This document shows positions 1 to 8,434 of a stretch of 12,896 nt of DNA, one piece after another; position 1 is the first letter of the stretch, and every line of letters begins with the position of its first letter. Location of the stretch: positions 1 through 12,896 of the forward strand of contig JANLSU010000038.1 of NCBI GenBank assembly GCA_031362565.1. Direction: 5' to 3'. Below the pieces are notes generated by a model. That model did not search any database and was not told where the DNA came from. It saw nothing but the letters and a program-made list of their open reading frames with translations. Origin of the DNA: a bacterium (GTDB lineage Bacteria > Krumholzibacteriota > Krumholzibacteriia > G020349025). A program made the position numbers and the translations under genes.

Positions 1-606
1 AGCGCCGTCTCCAATGCGAAGAAGGCCGGCATCGAGATCGTGCATGGCTTCTTCGTGGTCGGCATGCCCGACGAAACCGAAGAGGACCTGCGCGCCACGT
101 TCAAGTTCGCGTCGAGGATCAGGATCGATAGCTTCGGCTTCAACCGGCTCTGCGTCTATCGCGGCACGCCGCTGTGGCACGAGTACGTCAAGCGCGGGAT
201 CGTGAACGACGCGACGGACTGGTACAAGTACTTCAAGTGCTCGTCGATCGACCCGACGGTGCTTGCCGGCGAGGAGATTCACCGCATTCGCTCCGAGGAA
301 CTGCGGCGCTTGCTGGTGTACAAATTCACGCACTACCCTCTGCAGACGTTCCGGTTGCTGCGGCGCTTTTTGCGCTACATGCCGGTGCGCGACGTCGTCT
401 ATCTCCTCGTGAAACCCTTCCTCGGCAAGAAGACGGGCGCCACGCAGGCGGAGGTGACCACGCGCGCCGTCGAGCACGCGAGCAACAAGGATGCGGCGGC
501 GGAGATGACACGCTTTGCGGACGAGGAACTGCAGCACGTGATGCGCGAGTCCAAGGCGGAACGGGCACGGATCCAGGCCATGGCGGGGGCGGGTCCGCCC
601 GGCTAA
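1..606 (+). CDS. Radical SAM protein, probably B12-binding/class B (BchE-like), C-terminal part; 5'-truncated by the window edge
   Basis: The frame is open from base 1 (SAVSNAKKAGIEIVHGFFVVGMPDETEEDLRATFKFA...FNRLCVYRGTPLW). GI..HGFFVVG.PDET and the Y.GT.L motif match the beta5/beta6 region of B12-binding radical SAM enzymes. The CxxxCxxC motif lies outside the window. Confidence 0.82.
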   Translation, partial: SAVSNAKKAGIEIVHGFFVVGMPDETEEDLRATFKFASRIRIDSFGFNRLCVYRGTPLWHEYVKRGIVNDATDWYKYFKCSSIDPTVLAGEEIHRIRSEELRRLLVYKFTHYPLQTFRLLRRFLRYMPVRDVVYLLVKPFLGKKTGATQAEVTTRAVEHASNKDAAAEMTRFADEELQHVMRESKAERARIQAMAGAGPPG

Positions 607-1463
607 GCCCGCAAGTTGTCCGTGAAGAAGGCGATCGTGCGCGACCACGCCAGATCGGCCGCGGCCTTGTCGTAGCGGCCCTCCGAGGTGTCGTTGTTGA
701 AGGCGTGATTGACACCATCATAGACATAGAGCGTGTACGCCTTCTTGGCTTTCTTGAGTGCCGCTTCGAAGGCCGGGATGCCGGCCCCGATGCGCAGGTC
801 GAGCCCCGCGTAGTGCAGGAGAAGCGGCGCCTTGATCTTTTCGACGTCGCCCCCAAGCGGTTGCCGGCCGTAGTAGACGACGCCGGCGTCGAGCCCGGGC
901 GCCGCGACCGCCAGAGCGCCGACCATGCCGCCTCCCCAGCAGAATCCCATCGCGCCGACCTTGCCGTTCCCGGCCGGGTGTTTTTCCAAGAACGCCACCG
1001 TACCCACGAGGTTTTGAACCGTCTTCGGCGTATCGAGGTCGACGATCATGGTTCGCGCCTTGTCCTCGTCCGCCGGGGTGCCGCCGGCCGGCGACAGGAG
1101 GTCGGGAGCGAGAGCGAAGAAGCCTTCGAGTGCAATGCGCCGAGTCACGTCTTCGATGTGGGCGGTTAGGCCGCGGTTTTCGTGAATGACGATCACCCCG
1201 GGCAGTTTCGCCGCGTCCTTCGGACGCGCGGTGTAGGCTCTGACTGCACCGGTCGCGCCCGGGTAGGTGATGCGTTCCGTCGCGAGCCGGGCATCCTCGG
1301 GCGCAACGATCGCCGCCTGCGCCGCACCAGCCTCCAAAAGCGGCACGAGCGCGGCTGCTGCCGCGACGCCGCCGGCAAGTTGCGCCAACCGAATGAGAAA
1401 GACCCGCCGGTCGAGCGGCGCGTGGGTGTACTCGTCGTAGAGGTCGATGATGCGCTGGTCCAT
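603..1463 (-). CDS. Dienelactone hydrolase family protein (YghX-like carboxymethylenebutenolidase)
   Basis: Motifs VIVIHENRGL, nucleophile GFCWGG, YYG and HAF.ND are present. The N-terminus DLYDEYTH..LDRRVFL (twin-Arg-like) is typical of YghX-like proteins. GGAGGA RBS upstream of the ATG at 1463. Confidence 0.93.
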   Translation of the reverse strand: MDQRIIDLYDEYTHAPLDRRVFLIRLAQLAGGVAAAAALVPLLEAGAAQAAIVAPEDARLATERITYPGATGAVRAYTARPKDAAKLPGVIVIHENRGLTAHIEDVTRRIALEGFFALAPDLLSPAGGTPADEDKARTMIVDLDTPKTVQNLVGTVAFLEKHPAGNGKVGAMGFCWGGGMVGALAVAAPGLDAGVVYYGRQPLGGDVEKIKAPLLLHYAGLDLRIGAGIPAFEAALKKAKKAYTLYVYDGVNHAFNNDTSEGRYDKAAADLAWSRTIAFFTDNLRA

Positions 1464-1485
1464 GCGGTAAATCCTCCTGGCGCCG

Positions 1486-3543
1486 TTACCAGATCCGCGC
1501 CCGCAGGCTGTCCGGACGCACCATCGGGTCGCCCGCCTTGCAGCCGAATGCGTGCGCGAACTCCGGCATGTTGGAGAGCGGTCCGTCGACGCGCCAGCGT
1601 CCCGGCGAGTGTGAGTTCGTGAGCGCCATGGTGCGGGCGAATTCCGGCCGCACGATCTCGCGCCACACTTGGGCCCACGCCATGAAGAAACGCTGCTCCG
1701 GTGTCATCCCATCGATGAGCGGCGGGCGTGGTTTGCCCTGCATCGATTTCTCGAGCGCCGCATAAGCCACCGTGAGTCCGCCCAGGTCGGCGATGTTCTC
1801 GCCGAGCGTCAGCTTGCCGTTGACGCGCAGCGTATCGACGGCGACGAAGCCGCCGAATTGGTCGACGATCAGATTAGCCCGCCCCTTGTAGGCATCGGCA
1901 TCCTTCTGGGTCCACCAGTCACGCAAGTTGCCCTTGGCGTCGAATTGCCGGCCGCGGTCGTCGAAACCATGCGTCATCTCGTGCCCGATGACGGCGCCGA
2001 TCCCGCCATAGTTGATGGCATCGTCGACATCGGGATCGTAGAACGGCAGTTGCAGAATCCCGGCCGGGAAATTGATCGAGTTCATCGATGAGCTGTAGTA
2101 GGCGTTGACCGTCGGCGGCGTCATCGCCCATTCCAAACGGTCGACCGGCTTGCCGATCTTGGCGAGCTGCCGCTGGGTTTCGAACCCCCGCGCCCGCCAG
2201 CGATTCAGTACGAACGGCCCCGGCTGGACATCGAGTTTGGCGTAGTCGCGCCAGTGGTCCGGATAGCCGATCTTCTCGTAAAAGGCATCGAGCTTGATCT
2301 TCGCCTGGACGCGCGTCGAGTCGCCCATCCAGTCGAGGCCGGCGATACGATCGGCGAGAGCGGATTCCAGATTCTCGACCATCGCCAGGGCGCGCTGCTT
2401 CGCATCGGGCGAGAAACGCCGCTTGACGTATTCTTGCCCGAGCACTTCGCCCAGCGCATTGTCGGTCGCATCGAGGCAACGCTTCCAGCGCGGCAAGAGC
2501 GCCTTGGCGCCGCTCAGGACCTGGGCGAAGCGGAAGTCCTCGTTGACGAAGTTGGACGACAGCATGGGCGCCGCATCGTTCACGACCTTCCAGCGCAGAT
2601 AGGCCTTCCAATCGTCGAGCGGCACGCTGCCCAGCATGCCGTTCATCGCTTTCATGAAATCCGGTTGGGCGACGTTCAGGTCGGCGATCTGGGGAATGCC
2701 GGCCGCACGCAGGTACTCATCCCAGCCGAAATTCGGCGCCAGGGTCCGCAAATCCTGTACCGGCATCCGGTGGTACACGGCTTTGGGGTCGCGGCGCTGC
2801 ACGTTGGTCATCGAGGCCTTGGCAAGTGCAGTCTCGATCGCCACGACACGGGCGGCGTCACCACGCGCGTCCGGCTCGGACGCCCCCAAGAGCTGAAACG
2901 TGCGCGCGACGTGATCGACGTATGCGGCGCGGGTTTTCTGCGACGCCGAATCTTCCTTGGCGTAGTAGTCACGGTCGGGCAGGGTGAGTCCGCCCTGTCC
3001 GGTCCCGGCGATGACCTCATCACTGTTCTTGGCATCCTGTTCGGAGCCGAAGCGAAACAGCGCACCAACGCCCTGACGGTGCAACCGCGACACCGCGGCG
3101 GTGAGCTCGGGGCTCGATTTGATCGCCGCGATCCGGTCGAGCTCCGGTGCGATGGGATTGAAGCCGGCGGATTCGGCGGCCGTCGAATCGATGCAGGTGC
3201 CGTAGTAGGCTGCGAGCTTCCAATTGTTGCCACCGCCGGACTTTTTCATGTCGCGCACTGCGTCGTTCAGAATCTCGTGCGACACATCGTCGTTCTTGTC
3301 ACGCAGCATACGGAAACTGCCGAAGGCCGAATACGACGCCGGGATCGTCATCCGGGCGAGAGCGCCGCCGTTGGCAAATTTGTAGAAGTCGTTGCACGGT
3401 GCGCACGTGGTGTCGCGATCGGCCGGATCGAGCGCCCGCGGCGTGCTCTTGGAACTGCCGGCCCGCGCCGGCGCCAGGAAAGCGAGGCCGCCGAGGACGA
3501 TGCACGTGGCCGCTGATAGGACTGAACGTCGCATGGAATGCAC
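1486..3543 (-). CDS. M13 family zinc metallopeptidase (neprilysin/endothelin-converting enzyme/PepO-like), secreted
   Basis: HEMTH zinc motif, GENIAD third ligand, VNAYY, NFPAGILQ, DFY.FANG and KIGYPD are present, plus a signal peptide (MRRSVLSAATCIVLGGLAFLAPARA). Start is most likely the GTG at 3543 (GGAG 8 nt upstream) or the ATG at 3534. The ORF-track start at 3603 lies inside the predicted -35 box. Confidence 0.95.
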   Translation of the reverse strand: MHSMRRSVLSAATCIVLGGLAFLAPARAGSSKSTPRALDPADRDTTCAPCNDFYKFANGGALARMTIPASYSAFGSFRMLRDKNDDVSHEILNDAVRDMKKSGGGNNWKLAAYYGTCIDSTAAESAGFNPIAPELDRIAAIKSSPELTAAVSRLHRQGVGALFRFGSEQDAKNSDEVIAGTGQGGLTLPDRDYYAKEDSASQKTRAAYVDHVARTFQLLGASEPDARGDAARVVAIETALAKASMTNVQRRDPKAVYHRMPVQDLRTLAPNFGWDEYLRAAGIPQIADLNVAQPDFMKAMNGMLGSVPLDDWKAYLRWKVVNDAAPMLSSNFVNEDFRFAQVLSGAKALLPRWKRCLDATDNALGEVLGQEYVKRRFSPDAKQRALAMVENLESALADRIAGLDWMGDSTRVQAKIKLDAFYEKIGYPDHWRDYAKLDVQPGPFVLNRWRARGFETQRQLAKIGKPVDRLEWAMTPPTVNAYYSSSMNSINFPAGILQLPFYDPDVDDAINYGGIGAVIGHEMTHGFDDRGRQFDAKGNLRDWWTQKDADAYKGRANLIVDQFGGFVAVDTLRVNGKLTLGENIADLGGLTVAYAALEKSMQGKPRPPLIDGMTPEQRFFMAWAQVWREIVRPEFARTMALTNSHSPGRWRVDGPLSNMPEFAHAFGCKAGDPMVRPDSLRARIW

Positions 3544-3578
3544 CGCTTTCGCTCCAAGGGAAAAAGACCGCGACGGCG

Positions 3579-3607
3579 AGTCTAGCCGCCGGGCGCGGCT
3601 CATGCAA
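3579..3607 (-). promoter_or_regulatory. Putative sigma-70 promoter of the M13 peptidase-dienelactone hydrolase operon
   Basis: Minus strand TTGCAT (3607-3602), 17-nt spacer, TAGACT (3584-3579), about 35 nt upstream of the start codon. Confidence 0.6.
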
Positions 3608-3630
3608 TGCGGCTGGCGGGTTCCTCGGGG

Positions 3631-3928
<298 letters not shown>

Positions 3929-3949
3929 AGGCTCCCCTTCCGTCGCCCC

Positions 3950-3979
3950 ATGCTGAAGTAAAACCGCGACGCGACGCAA
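3950..3979 (-). promoter_or_regulatory. Possible sigma-70 promoter of the truncated gene starting at 3928
   Basis: TTGCGT (3979-3974), 18-nt spacer, CAGCAT (3955-3950), just upstream of the RBS. Confidence 0.3.
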
Positions 3980-4130
3980 CTCCCCGCTCCCGGCACACGG
4001 CGCCGCAGACGGATTCAGCCCTGCCGTTCGGTCGTTGGTCGGAACTACGACGCGCCTGCCGGTCGCACCGCACCAGGTCCCGTTTTCACGTGCCCGCCGC
4101 CGTCTCATAAAAGAGAATGTCCGCCCGGTC

Positions 4131-4159
4131 TTGACGAATCGATAATTGTCTTGTATCTT
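4131..4159 (+). promoter_or_regulatory. Near-consensus sigma-70 promoter with no evident downstream gene
   Basis: TTGACG (4131-4136), 17-nt spacer, TATCTT (4154-4159), inside a conspicuously AT-rich patch. Confidence 0.55.
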
Positions 4160-4488
4160 CAGGTCTTGATTTGAGCCCCGCACCCCGCCGCGGGCGCCTC
4201 CTCCCGAGGGTGAAAAGATTTCGGTGCATCTCCGCGACCGCCGCGGGCGACGTTTCTGCGTTCCCGGCCATGATCCGTCGAAGCAACCGCGGGCGCGGGA
4301 GGACCGTCCCGACGTTATCCGTCGAGACCAGCGCTAGGAGATACGGCGAGCGTGGGCTGAGGGCGTAGTTCCAGCGTCGCCGCTTCGGATAGTCGACTGG
4401 GACGCGGATGAACCGCGGAGGTGCGGCCAACGCACCGCGGCGCCTGCGACGGCGCGCGCGGCGGCCCGACCTTTGGACAAAGGTGTGG

Positions 4489-4513
4489 CGGGGTGGCCCG
4501 CAGGCCACGCCCG
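4489..4513 (-). terminator. GC-rich hairpin just after the response regulator stop; possible terminator
   Basis: Plus strand CGGG-GTGGCC/CGCA/GGCCAC-G-CCCG, 20 nt past the TAA at 4534. There is no clean U-tract. Confidence 0.35.
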
Positions 4514-4533
4514 ACATCGCCGGCCGTGCGGGC

Positions 4534-6090
4534 TTACGACGCCTTGCGCGTTTCGCGTACGTCGTCGGCGGAGCGCATTGCGAGGCGCTCGTTGCCGTCG
4601 TCACGTGCCTGTGCGTCGTCGATACTCGTGGCGTCCGAGGCGCCGTCATCCTGGTCGTCGTCAGCACCGGGGCGTCCGGGGCCACGCTTGCGCTCCGTGA
4701 TGATGTTGTAAATCTTCATCCGGTACCGCAGTTTGTCGCGCTTCATTTGCAGGAGCTCGGCGGTGCGGCTCTGGTTCCAGTCGCACTGGCGTGAGGCCTT
4801 GAGAATGAGCTCGATCTCGGCATCACTGACCAAGCGGTCGAACTCGATGCCGTTCTCCGGAATGGGCCGCAACAGGGCGTGTTCGAGCCGGCGTACGGCC
4901 GACAGGTTGGCGTCCGTGACCCGGGCCGCGATCGGCAGGTGTTCGGGGCGCAGTTGTTCGGCGTCTTCCAGCAGCACGACGCGCTCGAGCATATTCTTGA
5001 GCTCGCGAATGTTGCCCGGCCACTCGTAGCCGAGGAGCAACCCCGCGCACTCTTCCGACATGCCGGTGAAGTGCTTGTTGAACTGCCGGTTGTACTGATT
5101 GAGAAAGTGCTTCGCGAGCACCAGAATATCTTCCCGGCGCTCGCGGAGCGGCGGAATGTAGATCGGCACGACCTTGAGGCGATAGTACAGGTCCTCGCGG
5201 AAGGTCTGTTCCTTGACCGCGTTGACCAGATTGCGGTTGGTCGCTGAAATGATGCGGACATTGACCGAGATGTCCTTGGTGCCGCCGACGCGCTTGAAGG
5301 TCATGCGCTCGAGAACCCGCAGCAACTTCACCTGGATCGTCAGGCTCATCTCACCGATTTCGTCCAGGAACAGCGTGCCGCGGTTGGCCAGTTCCAGAAG
5401 GCCGAGCTTCTGCCCCTTGGCATCCGTGAAGGCGCCCTTCTCGTGCCCGAACAGCTCGGACTCGAGCAGCTCTTCCGGCAGCGACGCGCAGTTGATTTCC
5501 ATGATCGGCATGTTGTGGCGCGCCGACATCTTGTGAATCAAGTTGGAAATCACGTCTTTGCCGGTGCCGCTTTCACCTTCGATGAGCACCGTGGTCGATT
5601 CGCTCCGCGCCACCTGCTGCACCATCTTGTAGACCGCCTGCATCGCCGGGCTTTGGCTCGGGATGTAGGTCGCGTCCGCATCCAAGTTGTGGAGCCGGCG
5701 CAGGCGCAACAATTCGCGCGACAGTTCCTTCGACTTGAGGCCCTTCTCGATGACGATCAGCAACTGCTCGAGATTGATGGGCTTGTTGACATAGTCGAAA
5801 GCACCCAGCTTCATGGCCTCGACTGCGGTCTTGATCTCCCCGAAAGCGGTCATCATGACGACGCAAATGTCTTTGAGGATGTCCTTGATCTCGGACAAGA
5901 CCTCCAAGCCATTACGATCCGGCAGCTTCAGATCCAGCAACACGAGGTCCGGCAGCTCGCTGTTGATGATTTCGATGGCCTGGGCCGCGGTTGCAGCGGC
6001 GCGCACCTCGTACCCTTCGTCGACCAATGTCTTCTGCAGGAAGAACCGAATCGACTCCTGGTCATCGACGAGCAAGATCAGCGGTTTCAC
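4534..6090 (-). CDS. Sigma-54-dependent response regulator (NtrC/AtoC family: REC-AAA+-Fis HTH) with C-terminal extension
   Basis: REC: ILLVDDQ, LLDLKLPD (phospho-Asp), MTA, KP. AAA+: GESGTGKD Walker A, ELFGHEKGAFTDA, LFLDEIGE, FREDLYYRL, WPGNIREL. HTH: NQSRTAELLQMKRDKLRYRMK. Start is the GTG at 6090 with GGAGG upstream; the ORF-track start at 6231 overlaps the kinase. Confidence 0.95.
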   Translation of the reverse strand: MKPLILLVDDQESIRFFLQKTLVDEGYEVRAAATAAQAIEIINSELPDLVLLDLKLPDRNGLEVLSEIKDILKDICVVMMTAFGEIKTAVEAMKLGAFDYVNKPINLEQLLIVIEKGLKSKELSRELLRLRRLHNLDADATYIPSQSPAMQAVYKMVQQVARSESTTVLIEGESGTGKDVISNLIHKMSARHNMPIMEINCASLPEELLESELFGHEKGAFTDAKGQKLGLLELANRGTLFLDEIGEMSLTIQVKLLRVLERMTFKRVGGTKDISVNVRIISATNRNLVNAVKEQTFREDLYYRLKVVPIYIPPLRERREDILVLAKHFLNQYNRQFNKHFTGMSEECAGLLLGYEWPGNIRELKNMLERVVLLEDAEQLRPEHLPIAARVTDANLSAVRRLEHALLRPIPENGIEFDRLVSDAEIELILKASRQCDWNQSRTAELLQMKRDKLRYRMKIYNIITERKRGPGRPGADDDQDDGASDATSIDDAQARDDGNERLAMRSADDVRETRKAS

Positions 6091-8158
6091 TGGGACCTCC
6101 CATCCACATCCGGGCGAGCGGCAGACACACGATGAAGCGCGTGCCGCGGCCGGTCGCGCTGTCGACCACGATCGATCCCCCGTGCCCTTCGACGATGTGA
6201 TGGCACACGTACAGCCCGAGGCCGGTACCACTCGCCTTCGTCGTGAAGAACGGCTCGAAGATCTTGTCGCGGTGTTCTTCGGAAATTCCCGGCCCGTGAT
6301 CGCCGACGACGACCACCAGCGAATCGGGCTCCTGAGCCGGGGCGAGCGGGTTTTCCGCCGCGCCGAGGCGCATGTCGATTTCTACGTCGCCGCCGTCCGG
6401 ACTGGCGTCGACGGCGTTCTGGATCAAATTGATGAGCACCTGTTCGATGCGGTCGGCATCCACCGCGACGAGCGGCAGGTCGGCGTCGATGCGCCGCACA
6501 CAACGCACGCCACGCTCCGCGAAGCGCGGCTCGAGGGCGCGCACGCTGCGCTCGACGAGCGCCTCGATATCGGCCTCCTGCAGCGACAACTGCAGCGGCC
6601 GCCCGGCGCGGAACAGATCCTCGATGATCCGGTTCATGCGATCGGCTTCAGCCAGAATGAAATCGACGTGTTCCTGGCCCGGCCCATCCATGCGTTTGCG
6701 CAGGTATTGGATTCCCGCCGTGATGCCCGCGAGCGGATTGCGGATTTCGTGCGCGATACTCGACGTAAAGCGGCCGATCGCCGCCAGCTTGTCCAGATGC
6801 CGGATCTGCGCTTCCATGGCCTTGATCCCCGACTGATCGGCGAACTCGGCCAGGGCGCCCTGGACCTCGCCGTCGGCGTCGCGTAGGAGCGAAGTCGTCA
6901 GCCGCAACGGCACCGGCTTGCCGGCAGCCGTACGCAGCGTCGCGTCGACGCCGCGCACACTGCGCCCCGTCTCGAGCGCTTCGCCGAGCGGATCCCGCCC
7001 CGGGCCGCCATACGACAACCATTCGCCGGTCGGGCGGCCGCGCACGTCGCTCGCCGCGAAGCCCGACAGGCGCTCGGCGGCATGATTGAAGAGCTGGACG
7101 TTGCCGTGCAAATCCACCGACACGAGGCCGTTCGTCATGCTGCGGAACACGTGCTCGCGGAAACGCTCTTCACGCCGCAAGCCCTCGTACAGCCGGGCGT
7201 TCTCGAGCACCGTCGAGAGGTTTTGCGCCAAGGTCTCCAGCATGATGAGATCGATCTTGGAAAGCGCCGCGTCGCGCCCCTGATCGGTGACGAAAAGCAC
7301 CCCGAGAAGCGAGAACGCCGGACAGTTCCAGCACCGGAACCGTCCGCCATCCCAGAAGGACGTGTCGGGCTCGTCGGCGAATTTCTCCACCCAACTCTTG
7401 CCCGCCCCCGCCGGCGACGCTGGACAGGTGGCGGCATCGCAGCCGCGCGTTTCCCACTCGCACGCCGGTGGACTGCTGGAGACGAGCGGTACGACCACGT
7501 AGGAACCCGCTGCGGCAGCCGCGCACAGACTCTCGCCGTGCAAGGACCCGAGTGGATGCATCGCCGCATCCTTGATGAGCACCGGACGCCCTGCACCGAG
7601 CGCCCGTCCCATCACGCCATCCAACTCCGGCAGAGCGAAACGCTCGGGAGCCCAAGCCCATTCGCCGGAACTGTGACGCCGCACACCGCCTTCGAACACG
7701 CCATCGTCCGCATTCCATGTGAACAGTCCGAACTCCTGGAACCCGACACCGCGCTGCAGGTACTCGATCACCGACTGCACGGTGCGCTCGCGATCGAGCG
7801 AAGCAATGATGCTGCGCCCGACCTCTTTGAGCGACAAGAGCTGGATGTTGGTGCGAATGAGCCGGAAGTAGGATTCTTCGAGATCGCCAACCAGACCATC
7901 GGTGACCGCATCCAAACGCGCCGTCGGATCGGTCCACAGCGCCAGCGGCGCGTCGTTGCTGCGCACGCCCTTGATGGCCTCGACACGCGCCACAACGTGA
8001 CGATAACGCCGCGCGGTGCGCGATTGCGCCACCGCAAGTCCAGCCACGGCGAGGAACAACGCGGCCGGAATTGCGAATTGCAGCGGCAGGAGTGCGGTGA
8101 GCGAAACCGCGCACGCGACGCTCGTAAGCGTCAGGACCGTTGTGAGTCGCAAGTTCAA
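6062..8158 (-). CDS. Membrane-anchored sensor histidine kinase (2 TM - GAF with Cys-rich insert - PAS - HisKA - HATPase)
   Basis: H-box [10 protein letters not shown]-box [11 protein letters not shown]1 [17 protein letters not shown]2 [22 protein letters not shown] ends at LENARLYE. Start is the TTG at 8158, 7 nt after AGGAG. The gene overlaps the regulator start by 29 nt. Confidence 0.94.
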   Translation of the reverse strand: MNLRLTTVLTLTSVACAVSLTALLPLQFAIPAALFLAVAGLAVAQSRTARRYRHVVARVEAIKGVRSNDAPLALWTDPTARLDAVTDGLVGDLEESYFRLIRTNIQLLSLKEVGRSIIASLDRERTVQSVIEYLQRGVGFQEFGLFTWNADDGVFEGGVRRHSSGEWAWAPERFALPELDGVMGRALGAGRPVLIKDAAMHPLGSLHGESLCAAAAAGSYVVVPLVSSSPPACEWETRGCDAATCPASPAGAGKSWVEKFADEPDTSFWDGGRFRCWNCPAFSLLGVLFVTDQGRDAALSKIDLIMLETLAQNLSTVLENARLYEGLRREERFREHVFRSMTNGLVSVDLHGNVQLFNHAAERLSGFAASDVRGRPTGEWLSYGGPGRDPLGEALETGRSVRGVDATLRTAAGKPVPLRLTTSLLRDADGEVQGALAEFADQSGIKAMEAQIRHLDKLAAIGRFTSSIAHEIRNPLAGITAGIQYLRKRMDGPGQEHVDFILAEADRMNRIIEDLFRAGRPLQLSLQEADIEALVERSVRALEPRFAERGVRCVRRIDADLPLVAVDADRIEQVLINLIQNAVDASPDGGDVEIDMRLGAAENPLAPAQEPDSLVVVVGDHGPGISEEHRDKIFEPFFTTKASGTGLGLYVCHHIVEGHGGSIVVDSATGRGTRFIVCLPLARMWMGGPSETADLARR

Positions 8159-8263
8159 CGCGTTGCTCCTTCCCCCAGCGCGAGATCGCGGTGCGCGAGT
8201 GGGTGCAGACGCGCATGCGCGGACACCGTGGCCTCGTGCTTGGGGCAAACCACGCAGCGGAAG

Positions 8264-8280
8264 AGCAACTTTGGATCCAA
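8264..8280 (-). promoter_or_regulatory. Putative sigma-54 (-24/-12) promoter for the kinase-regulator pair
   Basis: Minus strand TTGGATCCAAAGTTGCT gives exact GG-N10-GC spacing with TTGCT. It lies between the upstream hairpin and the kinase RBS. Confidence 0.55.
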
Positions 8281-8322
8281 TGCCAGGCGCGCCGTGGGCG
8301 CCAGCGTGTGGCCCGGAAACGA

Positions 8323-8354
8323 CGAAGCCCCGGCGAGGAGGGACCGGGGCTTCG
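8323..8354 (-). terminator. Probable intrinsic terminator after the sugar transferase
   Basis: Perfect 11-bp stem CGAAGCCCCGG / CCGGGGCTTCG with a 10-nt loop, followed on the minus strand by TCGTTT, about 80 nt after the stop at 8435. Confidence 0.65.
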
Positions 8355-8434
8355 GGGAGTGTGTCGCTAGCTCGTTTGGTGCGCCGCGCAAGGCGTACCA
8401 GAGTTCCTCCGGGGGGGCGGAGGCGGCGCGGACC

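Noticed and set aside
2254..3516. 420-aa plus-strand ORF (and 174..1169)
   Set aside because: Antisense shadows of the M13 peptidase and the dienelactone hydrolase, expected in high-GC DNA. No recognisable motifs.
4041..4372. 9-bp inverted repeat GGAACTACG (4041-4049) / CGTAGTTCC (4364-4372) as MITE ends or ECF -35 boxes
   Set aside because: Too short, no target-site duplication seen, and no properly spaced ECF -10 element.
4380..4445. Faint resemblance to a ZTP (pfl) riboswitch (GACUGG...stem)
   Set aside because: Lacks the GACUGGCG and downstream CGCCUGGG pseudoknot elements, and there is no downstream gene on that strand.
4086..4685. 199-aa minus-strand ORF filling the intergenic region, and the 5' part of ORF 3641..4183
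   Set aside because: Arg/Pro-rich, overlaps the regulator, has no RBS or family motif, and crosses promoter-like AT-rich DNA.
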